Virus record (IMG/VR): IMGVR_UViG_2061766007_000968
Coordinates: 1-64,000 of that record
Origin: an uncultured virus (IMG/VR IMGVR_UViG_2061766007_000968)
Lineage: Duplodnaviria > Heunggongvirae > Uroviricota > Caudoviricetes
Strand: one strand, 5' to 3'
Length of the DNA stretch: 64,000 nt
Shown here: one piece after another, positions 46,652 to 56,318 of the stretch
Layout: every line of letters begins with the position of its first letter
Position numbering within the stretch: the first letter of the stretch is position 1
Position numbers and translations under genes: made by a program
The notes under the pieces: generated by a model
What the model saw: only the letters and a program-made list of their open reading frames with translations
Database searches by the model: none
Told to the model about the DNA's origin: nothing

Positions 46652-46718
46652 AATACGCCGTGAGGCGGTTTCCCATAGTTTTAGTGTTTAGTTGATGACT
46701 GCTGGAAAGACAGCTGAC

Positions 46719-46824
46719 GGAGGAACGGCCCGGTTGGTCTGGGCGAGAAGCGGATGGTGAAATCTGTCGTGTTGCAAGCACGCAGTCCGCGAGACAGGCG
46801 GGGGTCCGATTCCCCCTTCCTCTG
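46719..46824 (+). ncRNA. tRNA-like RNA with an extended anticodon arm
   Basis: Acceptor GGAGGAA/TTCCTCT, D-arm GCCC-GGTTGGTCT-GGGC, T-arm GGGGG-TCCGATT-CCCCC; long bulged central arm. Confidence 0.65.
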
Positions 46825-46923
46825 CTAACCGCAGGGATGCGCTACGGGCGAAATAATGAGTGAAAGCTTTTTTTTTCGAACATAATTTATCCTCCCCGGG
46901 CTGCCCGACCGGGGATTTGTAAT

Positions 46924-47157
46924 ATGAAACACGCACATAATTTTGATGACTTGACGGGGAGACGGTTTTGGAAAGTCGTCGTTATTGAATTTGAAGGTCG
47001 CATGGATAATGGCATGAGCCTTTGGCGGTGCAGGTGCGATTGCGGTCGAGAGTTTATCGCTGTCGGGGCAAACCTTAAAAGCGGAGCGACAAAATCGTGC
47101 GGGTGTCTTCGTCGAGACTCGATGAAAGGGAATCATAGAAACGCTGTGAAGCGGTAA
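46924..47157 (+). CDS. Stand-alone N-terminal domain of the DLTGRRF/CDCG HNH family (no nuclease domain)
   Basis: DLTGRRF..W.C.CDCG..L.SG.T.SCGC followed by a stop. Confidence 0.65.
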   Translation: MKHAHNFDDLTGRRFWKVVVIEFEGRMDNGMSLWRCRCDCGREFIAVGANLKSGATKSCGCLRRDSMKGNHRNAVKR

Positions 47158-47215
47158 GGGCGGCAAGACTACTTTTGGTTCAGGATACTCTTATACGCGC
47201 CGCCCTTTTTTATTT
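47157..47215 (+). terminator. Terminator-like stem with a large loop
   Basis: agggcggc / gccgccct followed by a T-tract. Confidence 0.55.
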
Positions 47216-47242
47216 TCTACGAATTTTATATATTTGCGGTGT

Positions 47243-48994
47243 ATGTTCCGACTTCGAAAAAATCATGCACCATTCCCGCCGCTTTACGAGCATGTAGAGC
47301 GGAAATTGCCTACTGTCAAGGACAAAGGTTGGGATAAGGTTGGTGGTTTTACGCTAAGAGAGAAGCGAGATTTCATTCCACAGCCAGGACTTCAGGAGAG
47401 GTTTATACAGTGTGATAGCAATATCATTTTTCTGTGCGGAGCCGCGACGATGGGAAAGACATATGCCATGCTCATGAAGTTTCTCGGCGGAATGGATAAG
47501 CCCGGGTTTGCGGGCCGATTCATATCGATGCGTCTAGCGGACTCAAAAAAAGGTACATCCATCTATCGTGACGCGATGGAGTTGCTCGGAAACTACGCAA
47601 ACTGCGAGGTGTCTTCTAGCGACTCTCCAACATTTGCCTGGTCGAAGTATAACTCGGCCGTGCAGCTTATACACAGCAATTTCAATATTGATAATCCGAC
47701 GGAGTGGGATGATTTCAAAGAGCTGGCCAAGAAAAATCAGGCAAGCGAAATACAAATAGATGAAGGCTCCGACATGCCGTTTCGGATGTTCACATACTGG
47801 ATGTCTCGTAATCGTGATTCATCTGGAATGAAGCCGCAAATCACGATGTCCTTCAACCCAGAGTACGCGCACTGGACTACTACATTTCTTCTTAACGGAG
47901 GATATATTGATCCAATGACATATTATATCAAGCCGGAAATGAACGGCAGGACAAGATATGTCTATTTCAAAGGCGATGAAGTTAACGATGTTCTTTGGGG
48001 AGATACACCGGAAGAGGTTGCTGAGGCCGCAGGAATAGTTCTTTCGGAGGCGGACATCAAGGCCGGGCTTACGGCGAAGGACATGGTGAAGAGCTTCACG
48101 ATGTTTACCGGAGAAGCGTCAGACAACTTAAAGTTAGTTTCCGCGACCGGAGGCGGTTCTGTCGCGAACCTGCACGCAACTGGAGCTACGCAGCGCAACA
48201 TCCTTAAGGGCGCATATTTTGGCCCAGTAGACAATGAGCGCTCGCCTATCACGAAGCAGATGATTGTGGAGTTGCCGAACAACCCAGTCAACGACGACGA
48301 GAACATGTACGCCACGATGGATATCTCTGGCGCGGCTTCGTCAAAGGATCCGGATGTCTGTCAGATGGTGATATGGAAGGGCCTTCGATTCATTGCAATC
48401 GAGTCGTATCATGGCAACATGAAGGATATTGTTCCATGGATAGAGTCTATGCTATCAAAGTATGGCGTACCTGTTGAGAACTTTGCTTTCGATGCTACAG
48501 GTATGGGTTTCTTCCTTAAGGACTATGTCAAGGGCTATCCGGTTACGGCGAACAAGACCGCCATCCAGGAATACGACGAGAATGGCAACCCGGTCACGCT
48601 CGAGCAATACTTCAATGTGAGAAGTCAACTTCTCGGGAAGATGAAGGTTCTTATAGAGACAGGCCGGATAAGCACAAGCATGGATCTCGACACTAGGATT
48701 CCGTATGGTAAGAAGGGGGAACTTCGGACAATTCGAGACATCTTGTTCGATGCTATCGACCTGTTTGTCTGCACAACAAAGAACAAGCGCATCTATTATC
48801 TGTCAAAGGACGAATACAAGGCCAGGCATCAGAAAAACTCTCCAGACCTCATGGACTGCCTATGCCTCCGGGCCGTGTTTGAACTTGACGCCCGGCCAAA
48901 GAAGGCTCCGCCTCAAGAAATTGAGGACGATGCATACGACAATATTTTTACGGACTATCTCGGCGGACGCGTCGGTGCGGTAGTCTGGGTTTAA
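47243..48994 (+). CDS. terL: Terminase large subunit
   Basis: PQPG.Q, GAATMGKT Walker A, IDEG Walker B, SFNP, RNase H-like DISG..D, FDATG.G, SPDLMD; precedes the portal. Confidence 0.88.
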   Translation: MFRLRKNHAPFPPLYEHVERKLPTVKDKGWDKVGGFTLREKRDFIPQPGLQERFIQCDSNIIFLCGAATMGKTYAMLMKFLGGMDKPGFAGRFISMRLADSKKGTSIYRDAMELLGNYANCEVSSSDSPTFAWSKYNSAVQLIHSNFNIDNPTEWDDFKELAKKNQASEIQIDEGSDMPFRMFTYWMSRNRDSSGMKPQITMSFNPEYAHWTTTFLLNGGYIDPMTYYIKPEMNGRTRYVYFKGDEVNDVLWGDTPEEVAEAAGIVLSEADIKAGLTAKDMVKSFTMFTGEASDNLKLVSATGGGSVANLHATGATQRNILKGAYFGPVDNERSPITKQMIVELPNNPVNDDENMYATMDISGAASSKDPDVCQMVIWKGLRFIAIESYHGNMKDIVPWIESMLSKYGVPVENFAFDATGMGFFLKDYVKGYPVTANKTAIQEYDENGNPVTLEQYFNVRSQLLGKMKVLIETGRISTSMDLDTRIPYGKKGELRTIRDILFDAIDLFVCTTKNKRIYYLSKDEYKARHQKNSPDLMDCLCLRAVFELDARPKKAPPQEIEDDAYDNIFTDYLGGRVGAVVWV

Positions 48995-49017
48995 TATAAA
49001 AATCGCGATTTTAACCT

Positions 49018-50583
49018 ATGAACATTTCCAGTTACATCAACCAATCAAAGAAGAAGCCCTGGGTCAGGCTCGTCAAGGACGATTCCCCCGGCGGCTCAGG
49101 CTCGAAACCTAAGGTAATGACACAGCAGGACTTCCTGAACGAGGTCTGCTCAGCAGCGCACAAGGTTAATTCTTCGACGATGTCGAGACGGCCAATCTAC
49201 GGGCCGACCGGCGAGAAGGACAAGAACGGCAAGGAGAAATGGGCCATCGTTGGCTATGACGATATTGAAACCGTCCCGATTAGCAAGCAGTGGGAGATTA
49301 TATCGAAGAAGATTTCCCATTTCGCCGCAGACGGCTTTTGGACAGCATCAGAGTCCGAAGACGAAGAGGCGTTCCAAAAGATGATGTCCTGGGCCGATAC
49401 TGCCGGTATGAAGACAGCGTTCATCGAGGCTATGTGGCACGCTATGCGAACCGGGGACAGCGCTGTCTATTGGTATCAGACTGATGACAAAGACGACCCA
49501 CTACAGTACGAGGTGTACGGCTACGAGGAGGGTAGCGTGCTGTTCCCAAGCACTGATTTTAATGGGAGGAAAACTCTCGCTCGAAAGTATAAGTTTAACA
49601 CACACGACGCCGTAGACATATTCACTCCTGATAAAATCGAAACGTGGATGATGCTGGACGAAAAAATGGACGACTACCGCCAGTTCGTGCCAGAGGGGAA
49701 GAAGCCAGAGATATCCGAAGACGGTTACACGCTTGTAAGAAGGAAGGATGCCCAGGCGGGAGATTTGTGCCAATGCATCTATTTTCGTTTCAACGACATC
49801 CCGTCCGGCGTTGTGCAGCCCAGCATCGAGAAACTCGAGGACGCAAAGACATATGTCGGAGAGCATCTGAAGGGAACGGCTATGCCTATCTTGTTCATGA
49901 AGGCCGAAAAGACGACCAGTCTTCCGCCATCTTCACTGGCGAATAAGGCCATCGGTGTCAAAGGCACATCGGATAGCTTGGCTCATGCGGATGCTAAATT
50001 CCTTGCCCCGCCAGACGCAAGCAATATTGCCGACCTTCATATCGACGGGTTGGAGGCAGACATTAGGGATGGCGCTATGTCTGTCAAGATTGATCCAGAG
50101 ATTATAAAACAGGGATCGGACAGCAGCAGTACCATGCGCATATTGTATGCTCCCGAAATTCAGTGGTGTCAGATTCATTGGCCGGAGGTGTTCAAAAGCG
50201 TTAAGCAGATGATGTTGGTATTTAAGGCTCTTGTCGGAAAAGTCGAGGAGAATGTCCCTCGGTACAGCGCCATGAGAATCTCTGTCGGAGCAAACACTTG
50301 GGTGCCTCAGAATTCTTCAGAAGAACTGAAGATGGAACTCGATCAGGTCTATGCAAGAGTAAAATCCCGTCGGGCGGCGATGCAGGATATTGGCAATGTG
50401 CATCTCGGGGACTACGAGCAGATTAAGAAGGAATGGGAAGAGGAGCTGACAATGAAGGCAGAGGCCGGTCCGAAGGCCAAGGCGAAATTCGGCGACACTT
50501 CGGATACCTTTGGAACGGATGAAACGAAAGAAAACCCAGCGAAGGTTGACAATAATGCTCCTGGAAAGAGTATCCAGAACTAG
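49018..50583 (+). CDS. Portal protein
   Basis: 521 aa directly after terL; synteny. Confidence 0.8.
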   Translation: MNISSYINQSKKKPWVRLVKDDSPGGSGSKPKVMTQQDFLNEVCSAAHKVNSSTMSRRPIYGPTGEKDKNGKEKWAIVGYDDIETVPISKQWEIISKKISHFAADGFWTASESEDEEAFQKMMSWADTAGMKTAFIEAMWHAMRTGDSAVYWYQTDDKDDPLQYEVYGYEEGSVLFPSTDFNGRKTLARKYKFNTHDAVDIFTPDKIETWMMLDEKMDDYRQFVPEGKKPEISEDGYTLVRRKDAQAGDLCQCIYFRFNDIPSGVVQPSIEKLEDAKTYVGEHLKGTAMPILFMKAEKTTSLPPSSLANKAIGVKGTSDSLAHADAKFLAPPDASNIADLHIDGLEADIRDGAMSVKIDPEIIKQGSDSSSTMRILYAPEIQWCQIHWPEVFKSVKQMMLVFKALVGKVEENVPRYSAMRISVGANTWVPQNSSEELKMELDQVYARVKSRRAAMQDIGNVHLGDYEQIKKEWEEELTMKAEAGPKAKAKFGDTSDTFGTDETKENPAKVDNNAPGKSIQN

Positions 50584-50586
50584 ACT

Positions 50587-50620
50587 AGGTGGGCACCACG
50601 AAAAATGGTGCTCACCTCTT
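50587..50620 (+). terminator. Hairpin/terminator after the portal gene
   Basis: aggtgggcacca/tggtgctcacct. Confidence 0.6.
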
Positions 50621-50683
50621 GCAAATTAAATGCCAAACATTTATATTTGCGGCAAAGAATCCAATTCTAACTAATAAATATTT

Positions 50684-51385
50684 ATGAAAAAGAAAATCGA
50701 AGAAGCCTTGAGCGCCGAATACAAAGGGCTTGGGCTTAGCGAAAAAACAATTGGTAGGCTCGCGGACTATCTTCTGGGGTCTATCGAAAAGGAGGAAGAC
50801 ATCGCTACCGCTGTAAAGGGTGACGCCGTAAAACTCCTTGCCACGTCAATCCAGGGCGAAATCGCAGGTATCAAACGCGCAAAAGAAACCGCCGAAGCAG
50901 CCCTTGCGGATTACAAGGCAAAGCATCCAGAGAAAAACGATCCAGATCCTAAAACGGACCCCGACCCAGACCCGGACGCAGACAAGACCCTCATTGAGAG
51001 GATTCAGGCTGCCGTGACCGCTGCCGTCACTCCGCTGAACGAGAAGATCGCCGCTCTGGAAAACCTCAATTCAACAAAGGCCGCGCTGACCAGCGCTCGT
51101 GAGTCTTTCTTTGGTGGCGATTACGCCAAGAAATACAAAGATGAGGCTGACGATGCGTGGGAGCGGGCGGTCGAGATGAACGAGGCAACGGGAAACAAGA
51201 TGACCGCCGAAGAACTGGCCGCCAAGGCCACCGGTTATTTCAACAAGGCCGTTTCCAGAAAAGGTGTTGACACCTCCAAGCCTTTTGTCGCTGACAAAAC
51301 GGGCGAAGAAGATGAAGGCACAATTGATTGGAGCGCCGAGAAGAAACGACTGCAGGATTCGGGTCGTCTTCCCAAAGAACAGTAA
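50684..51385 (+). CDS. Capsid scaffolding protein
   Basis: Charged helical protein with DP repeats, upstream of the capsid genes; TATATTTG at 50642. Confidence 0.7.
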   Translation: MKKKIEEALSAEYKGLGLSEKTIGRLADYLLGSIEKEEDIATAVKGDAVKLLATSIQGEIAGIKRAKETAEAALADYKAKHPEKNDPDPKTDPDPDPDADKTLIERIQAAVTAAVTPLNEKIAALENLNSTKAALTSARESFFGGDYAKKYKDEADDAWERAVEMNEATGNKMTAEELAAKATGYFNKAVSRKGVDTSKPFVADKTGEEDEGTIDWSAEKKRLQDSGRLPKEQ

Positions 51386-51408
51386 GTCTAACCAAAAATT
51401 GAATTGAA

Positions 51409-52050
51409 ATGAGCAATTACGGAAACGCTTTTTTCTCTCCTGAAACCAAGCAGTACCCGGGCGGTGTTGTTCCCGTGTGGCTTGAGGTCAAGGAGCGCAA
51501 GACCGCTGGCGGCACGTTCTCTCTGAACGGTGTCCAGAAGGGGACTATCTTCCCCGCCGGTATGCCCGTGCGTCTTGACAAGATGGGCGGCGAAGTTACC
51601 ATCCTGCCCACCTTCGAGGTGGTCGGTGCAGTCGCATCCGATGGCACCACGCTCGTGCTGAAGCCGTCCGCCGGTGTCATTCCTGCCCAGGGTATGATTG
51701 TCGGCAAGATGTCTTCCGCCGGAGTGGCCGCGAAGGCCGTCGCCCTCGGCGCGGCCACTCCGCTGACCGGCGCTGACGCTGGCAAGTACCAGTTCACCAT
51801 CACGGCTAATTCCCTCGGCGAGCTCGCTGACGGCGATGTCCTCGTGATTGTCTCCGCCTCCGGTTCCAACAAGGCCGCCGTTCTCCCGAACGGACTGTCT
51901 TGGCGTCAGGTGGTCGTAGACAGTGACAACGCCACTATCGGCACCATTGCCGTCGTGACCAAGGGCCAGATTCTGGCCGACCGCATCCCGCAGATGCCGG
52001 ACTTCTACAAGGCTGCGATGCCGGGTATCACCTTTGAGTATGAACTTTAA
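51409..52050 (+). CDS. Head decoration protein
   Basis: A/G/V-rich; sits between scaffold and major capsid; high-expression codon bias. Confidence 0.65.
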   Translation: MSNYGNAFFSPETKQYPGGVVPVWLEVKERKTAGGTFSLNGVQKGTIFPAGMPVRLDKMGGEVTILPTFEVVGAVASDGTTLVLKPSAGVIPAQGMIVGKMSSAGVAAKAVALGAATPLTGADAGKYQFTITANSLGELADGDVLVIVSASGSNKAAVLPNGLSWRQVVVDSDNATIGTIAVVTKGQILADRIPQMPDFYKAAMPGITFEYEL

Positions 52051-52067
52051 TTAGGAGGAAAAGAATT

Positions 52068-53288
52068 ATGGCAAATCGTTACAGTCAGGGTTTCTACACC
52101 CTTATGGATGAGGCTGGAATCCTTTCTTCCAAGAGCTTCAGCCTGTATATCCGCGACGTTGTCGGCTTCGGCAACATTCAGGATCTCAATCTCGACGGCT
52201 TCTCCTGGGATCCCGTCTCTTCTCTCACTTTCGACTACGAGCAGCTGATTGCCAGCAACCGCCTCAAGGTTATGGCCACCTATGTGGACAAGGATTCCGA
52301 GGCGATTCCGTTCGGTACGGAAGGCTTTGAGAGCGCCCGTGGCGTCGTGCCTCGCCAGAAGGCCCGCTTCATCTGGGACGAGGATGACTACCGCAAGTAT
52401 CTTGACGCGGTCAGCAAGCTGGATTTCCAGAACACCACCGCCAAGCAGTACGCTCTCGACCTCCTGTTCAACGGCCTGTCCGACATCAAGAACGCTCACG
52501 AACTGTCGATGACCTATCAGCGCGACCAGATGGTTTCCAACCGCGCCCTCACGCTGACAGCCGACAACAACCCTCGCGGTATCAAGGGTCTGACCTTCTC
52601 CGCGAATGTTCCGGCCGCGAATGTCACCACGCTGACCAGCACTGCCCGTTGGTACACCGACGCGTCCCACAAGGACTCCTCCCACGAGGGATCCGATGCT
52701 GACCCTGTTAAAGACATCCGCACCATCGTTCGCAACATGAAGCGCAAGGGCTTCAACAACATCATCCTCGAGGTTGACGAGCAGTCCTGGCTGGAGGATA
52801 TGGATCACAGCAAGTGGCGCACCGCCATCGGCTATGTGCTCCGTCCCGACCTGGTTCTGGCCCCCAACAACAATGCCAACGCTCTTGCCGTAGGCAACAA
52901 CGCTGGTGACGACGAGGTGAAGGTAGCGTTCGCGAAGATCATCGGCATTCCTCTGGCCAACATCAAGTTCCGTCAGGGTCTCGCCGCTGTCGAAACGCTG
53001 TCCGGCAAGGGCCCCGATGCCACGCTTGTCCGCACTTCAATGCGTACCTTCAATGCCAACACCTATGTGTTCTACCCGGCTGGTCCTCTTGGTACAATCA
53101 AGTCCGTCCTCCCGCTGGTTCCCGATTCCTCCGCGATGTACGCTACGTTCTTCGGCGGCAAGGGTCTCATCCAGTACGAGTACGACGCAAAGTCCAAGAC
53201 CCAGGATTGGTGGTCTGAGCTGACCGCTCTGTGCGTGCCCAACCGCCCGCAGGAGATGTACTACCTGATCACCATTTCCGCTTCTTAA
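52068..53288 (+). CDS. Major capsid protein
   Basis: 406 aa, strong codon bias, synteny. Confidence 0.82.
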   Translation: MANRYSQGFYTLMDEAGILSSKSFSLYIRDVVGFGNIQDLNLDGFSWDPVSSLTFDYEQLIASNRLKVMATYVDKDSEAIPFGTEGFESARGVVPRQKARFIWDEDDYRKYLDAVSKLDFQNTTAKQYALDLLFNGLSDIKNAHELSMTYQRDQMVSNRALTLTADNNPRGIKGLTFSANVPAANVTTLTSTARWYTDASHKDSSHEGSDADPVKDIRTIVRNMKRKGFNNIILEVDEQSWLEDMDHSKWRTAIGYVLRPDLVLAPNNNANALAVGNNAGDDEVKVAFAKIIGIPLANIKFRQGLAAVETLSGKGPDATLVRTSMRTFNANTYVFYPAGPLGTIKSVLPLVPDSSAMYATFFGGKGLIQYEYDAKSKTQDWWSELTALCVPNRPQEMYYLITISAS

Positions 53289-53302
53289 AAACCTAAAGGA
53301 GT

Positions 53303-53734
53303 ATGACTGTCGAAGAATATCTGCGTAGTCTTGTCCCTGGACTCGATCTACAGGAAAATGTTGTGGCGAGAGCCGCTAGAAGTCCGAAAGAGGTCGGCCT
53401 CGACCCGCTTCCATTGGATGATGACATCGATTATGTCATCGACCCGGAAACGGAGGAGAAAGTTCCGAGGGAAGACCCTGATAACATTTACCAGATGCGT
53501 TTGGACTACGCATCTTCGACAATCTTTTATTCGGTGTTGGGGGTTTTCGCTGGCGGCGGCTATTCCGAACAGGTCGGAGATGTTCGCGCCTCTCGCGGAG
53601 GTTACACAATTACTATGGCTGACCGTGCTCGGTTTAAGTCCATGGGAGATGAACTCCGCAAGAAGTGGGGCTTCGATGTCCCCGAGGATGAGTCCTCCAG
53701 TGAGATGTACGACGCAACTTATATGAGACGATAA
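53303..53734 (+). CDS. Head-tail connector/adaptor
   Basis: Synteny after the capsid gene. Confidence 0.6.
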   Translation: MTVEEYLRSLVPGLDLQENVVARAARSPKEVGLDPLPLDDDIDYVIDPETEEKVPREDPDNIYQMRLDYASSTIFYSVLGVFAGGGYSEQVGDVRASRGGYTITMADRARFKSMGDELRKKWGFDVPEDESSSEMYDATYMRR

Positions 53735-54072
53735 TGCAGTTCATTGATTTTCGTGACCATTGCGTTATCACTAGGGATAACGGCGGAAGGGATGAGTGGG
53801 ATAATCCGCTCGACCCGGAAACTATCTACGACGGCCCGTGCCTTTATGAGGAGGGCGGTACGAGTTACACCCGGGTTTTCACGGTGCGAAATCCCGCCGT
53901 CTTCCTCCCCGGCGTCGATGTCCAGGTTAGAATCAACGATGCGGTTACGGTCACCACGGAGTTTGACCGCGAGATCAAGTCCATCGTGAAGATTGTTAGG
54001 GACATCAATATGCCTTGGAGAACTAATGTGAAAATTACGAGAATCGAGTTGAAGCAGGCGCAAGGAGATTAG
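53734..54072 (+). CDS. Head closure/stopper protein
   Basis: DEWDNP....IY.G.C pattern; synteny. Confidence 0.6.
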   Translation: MQFIDFRDHCVITRDNGGRDEWDNPLDPETIYDGPCLYEEGGTSYTRVFTVRNPAVFLPGVDVQVRINDAVTVTTEFDREIKSIVKIVRDINMPWRTNVKITRIELKQAQGD

Positions 54073-54075
54073 GTG

Positions 54076-54606
54076 ATGGCGAGACCGAGTAAATATGAAG
54101 GGCAAGCTTGGAAGAAGGCTTCCAAGTCTTTCCAAAAAGCGTTTTTTGAAGCAAACAAACAAATTAGCACTTTTGCGATTAACGCTTTAGACTCGGCGGC
54201 CGGGCAATTTATCCGGGACATTGGCTATAACCCAAATGGTGCGACCGGATCCATACCGTACTACACTGGAAACCTTTTGGACAGTATCGGAGTTCGCATT
54301 CTTCAGGGCAACACGCTGATGAGATACCGGACAATGGAAACAGAGGAATTGCTGCACGCGACAAGGTCTCAGCATATGAACAACCAAAAGGACATTTGGG
54401 GGCGCATTGAGATTATGAAGAGAATCAATAGGCCGTCCAGGCGAACCGGTAATGGTGTTGTTTCTCAACTTATCGTAGGTGTTCCTTATGCGCAAGAGGT
54501 TGACTGGACGCATGATTATTTCCCGGAGCTTCGTGACAAGTTTGTCAATACGATGAACGAGACCGCACAACTTTTGAACAAGCAAAAATGGCTGGTTGAT
54601 GTATGA
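54076..54606 (+). CDS. Neck/tail-completion protein
   Basis: TGNLLDSIG..G.PYA motif; synteny. Confidence 0.65.
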   Translation: MARPSKYEGQAWKKASKSFQKAFFEANKQISTFAINALDSAAGQFIRDIGYNPNGATGSIPYYTGNLLDSIGVRILQGNTLMRYRTMETEELLHATRSQHMNNQKDIWGRIEIMKRINRPSRRTGNGVVSQLIVGVPYAQEVDWTHDYFPELRDKFVNTMNETAQLLNKQKWLVDV

Positions 54607-55097
54607 TTACACCTTCTTCCATACACCCCGATACTGAACTGCGGGACTTCCTGCAGGGGTTGAATATCTATGTTGTCGCTCCCAGCGGCGAGACTGTTCC
54701 AGTCGCTATTTACGGAGACTGGGAAAAGCCGACCAACGAGGTGCCAGACGATTTCATTATCGTGATGAACAACGGCGACATAGGCGGTGTCGGGAACACG
54801 GTATCGTATGCTGATGGCTACATCATGGTCAGTCTGTACTGCAAACTTAACGACGACGGATCTGTAAAGAAGAACCGCGTGAATAAAATACTGCAGCAAC
54901 TCGACGAGATGTTCATAGAGCGCATCGAAGAAGAACAGACGGGTATAGTAACAGAGTACTACAAAAGCCTTGTGACAGACAACTACGTATACAAGTACGA
55001 CGCACAGCGATTCATAACCCCCACCACACCGAATATTACTTCGGGATATTCTATTACCAACCTCAATTTGAGGTGGCACACGAACAATGATGTATAA
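54603..55097 (+). CDS. Tail terminator protein
   Basis: Synteny before the tail tube gene. Confidence 0.55.
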   Translation: MITPSSIHPDTELRDFLQGLNIYVVAPSGETVPVAIYGDWEKPTNEVPDDFIIVMNNGDIGGVGNTVSYADGYIMVSLYCKLNDDGSVKKNRVNKILQQLDEMFIERIEEEQTGIVTEYYKSLVTDNYVYKYDAQRFITPTTPNITSGYSITNLNLRWHTNNDV

Positions 55098-55117
55098 CGC
55101 ATAAAAATTGACATACT

Positions 55118-55726
55118 ATGGCAATTGCAAAACTTGAAGCAGCTGGCAAGCTGTTCGCCGGTCAGGGAGACCTCGTTATCTTCGATGTTATCTCTGACTA
55201 CGCGGGCAAGACCCTCGCGGATCTTGCGAATCCGAAGTCCCTGGGCCAGATTGTCCAGGACTCCACCACCTGGGAAGGCGAGGACGTGAACACCGACCAG
55301 ATTCTGGACGAGCAGGGCAACCTGATCACCGCCCGTGTCACTGCCGGTACTCTTGGCTTCTCCTTCGACATCGCCTCCACCTCCCGCGAGATGGTAAAGA
55401 CCTTCCTCGCTGGCGAGAACATCGGCGTGGCCGCCACTGGCGCTGCGACTCTGAATGGCGTGTTCTTTGACGGTGACACCCCGGACACTTCCGTGTATGC
55501 GGCTGGTTACGGTGTTGCTCTTCCGGTTATTACTCGCCCGATCGCCGTTCTCAACGACGAGCTGAACCGCGCGTGGATTTACCCGAAGGCGAAGATTACC
55601 GCCAACCTGACTCTCTCCGACGGTCTGTACCGCATCCACGCGGTCGTGCTTGCGGAGAATGTTGAGGTGCGCGACTCCAACGGCGTCGCCCAGCTGACCA
55701 CTGGTATGATTGTCGACAAGAGCTAG
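55118..55726 (+). CDS. Major tail tube protein
   Basis: 202 aa, strong codon bias, followed by a terminator. Confidence 0.75.
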   Translation: MAIAKLEAAGKLFAGQGDLVIFDVISDYAGKTLADLANPKSLGQIVQDSTTWEGEDVNTDQILDEQGNLITARVTAGTLGFSFDIASTSREMVKTFLAGENIGVAATGAATLNGVFFDGDTPDTSVYAAGYGVALPVITRPIAVLNDELNRAWIYPKAKITANLTLSDGLYRIHAVVLAENVEVRDSNGVAQLTTGMIVDKS

Positions 55727-55750
55727 TCTCTTTACGCGAGTTATTAAATG

Positions 55751-55776
55751 GGGCGGGCCGTGCGCCCGCCCTTTTT
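55751..55776 (+). terminator. Intrinsic terminator
   Basis: gggcgggc/gcccgccc followed by ttttt. Confidence 0.8.
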
Positions 55777-55790
55777 CCAATTAAGAAAGC

Positions 55791-56318
55791 ATGGAAAAAT
55801 CGCAACAGTTCCTAAAAGGCGCGTACGATACAATCACTGGCGCTCCGTGCATAATACATGTCGGGCGAAGAAAATATAAAGTACGGCAGGTAGCGCAGGC
55901 CGTGAAGACAAAGATAGTTCTCCTTGAGCAGGAAGCGCAGATTCTCGAAGCAAGGGGAAAGGAAGGCGTACCGAAGAAAGAGGCGAAGAAGATAACAAAA
56001 AAACTGTACGCGCTACATTCGAAAAAGGCAGCGTATTACCTTCTTGGGAATTGGGCGCTTTTTGTTCCCGGGCTATGGTCGCTTAAATGGAGAATCCTGC
56101 AGCTGAGAGGGAACGAAACGACGATGAAGATAAACGAGGCGGGAGTCGTGAGCGCTGATTTGGGTTTTTCCAAAGCCAACTGGGATTCCTCAAGGCTGGA
56201 ACGCGAGCTTTATATGAGACCGGTTGGCGAAGTCGCCAAGCAGGCGCAAGAGCGGCTGGAAAGCGTAATGAATATGTTGGAGACGGACGCTTTGGGGATA
56301 AGAGAGGAAAGCAGGTAG
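55791..56318 (+). CDS. Tail assembly chaperone (gpG-like)
   Basis: Lies between tail tube and tape measure; contains in-phase slippery heptamers. Confidence 0.65.
   Translation: MEKSQQFLKGAYDTITGAPCIIHVGRRKYKVRQVAQAVKTKIVLLEQEAQILEARGKEGVPKKEAKKITKKLYALHSKKAAYYLLGNWALFVPGLWSLKWRILQLRGNETTMKINEAGVVSADLGFSKANWDSSRLERELYMRPVGEVAKQAQERLESVMNMLETDALGIREESR

Noticed and set aside
50935..50985. Tandem DNA repeat in the scaffold gene
   Set aside because: Explained by an Asp-Pro low-complexity linker.
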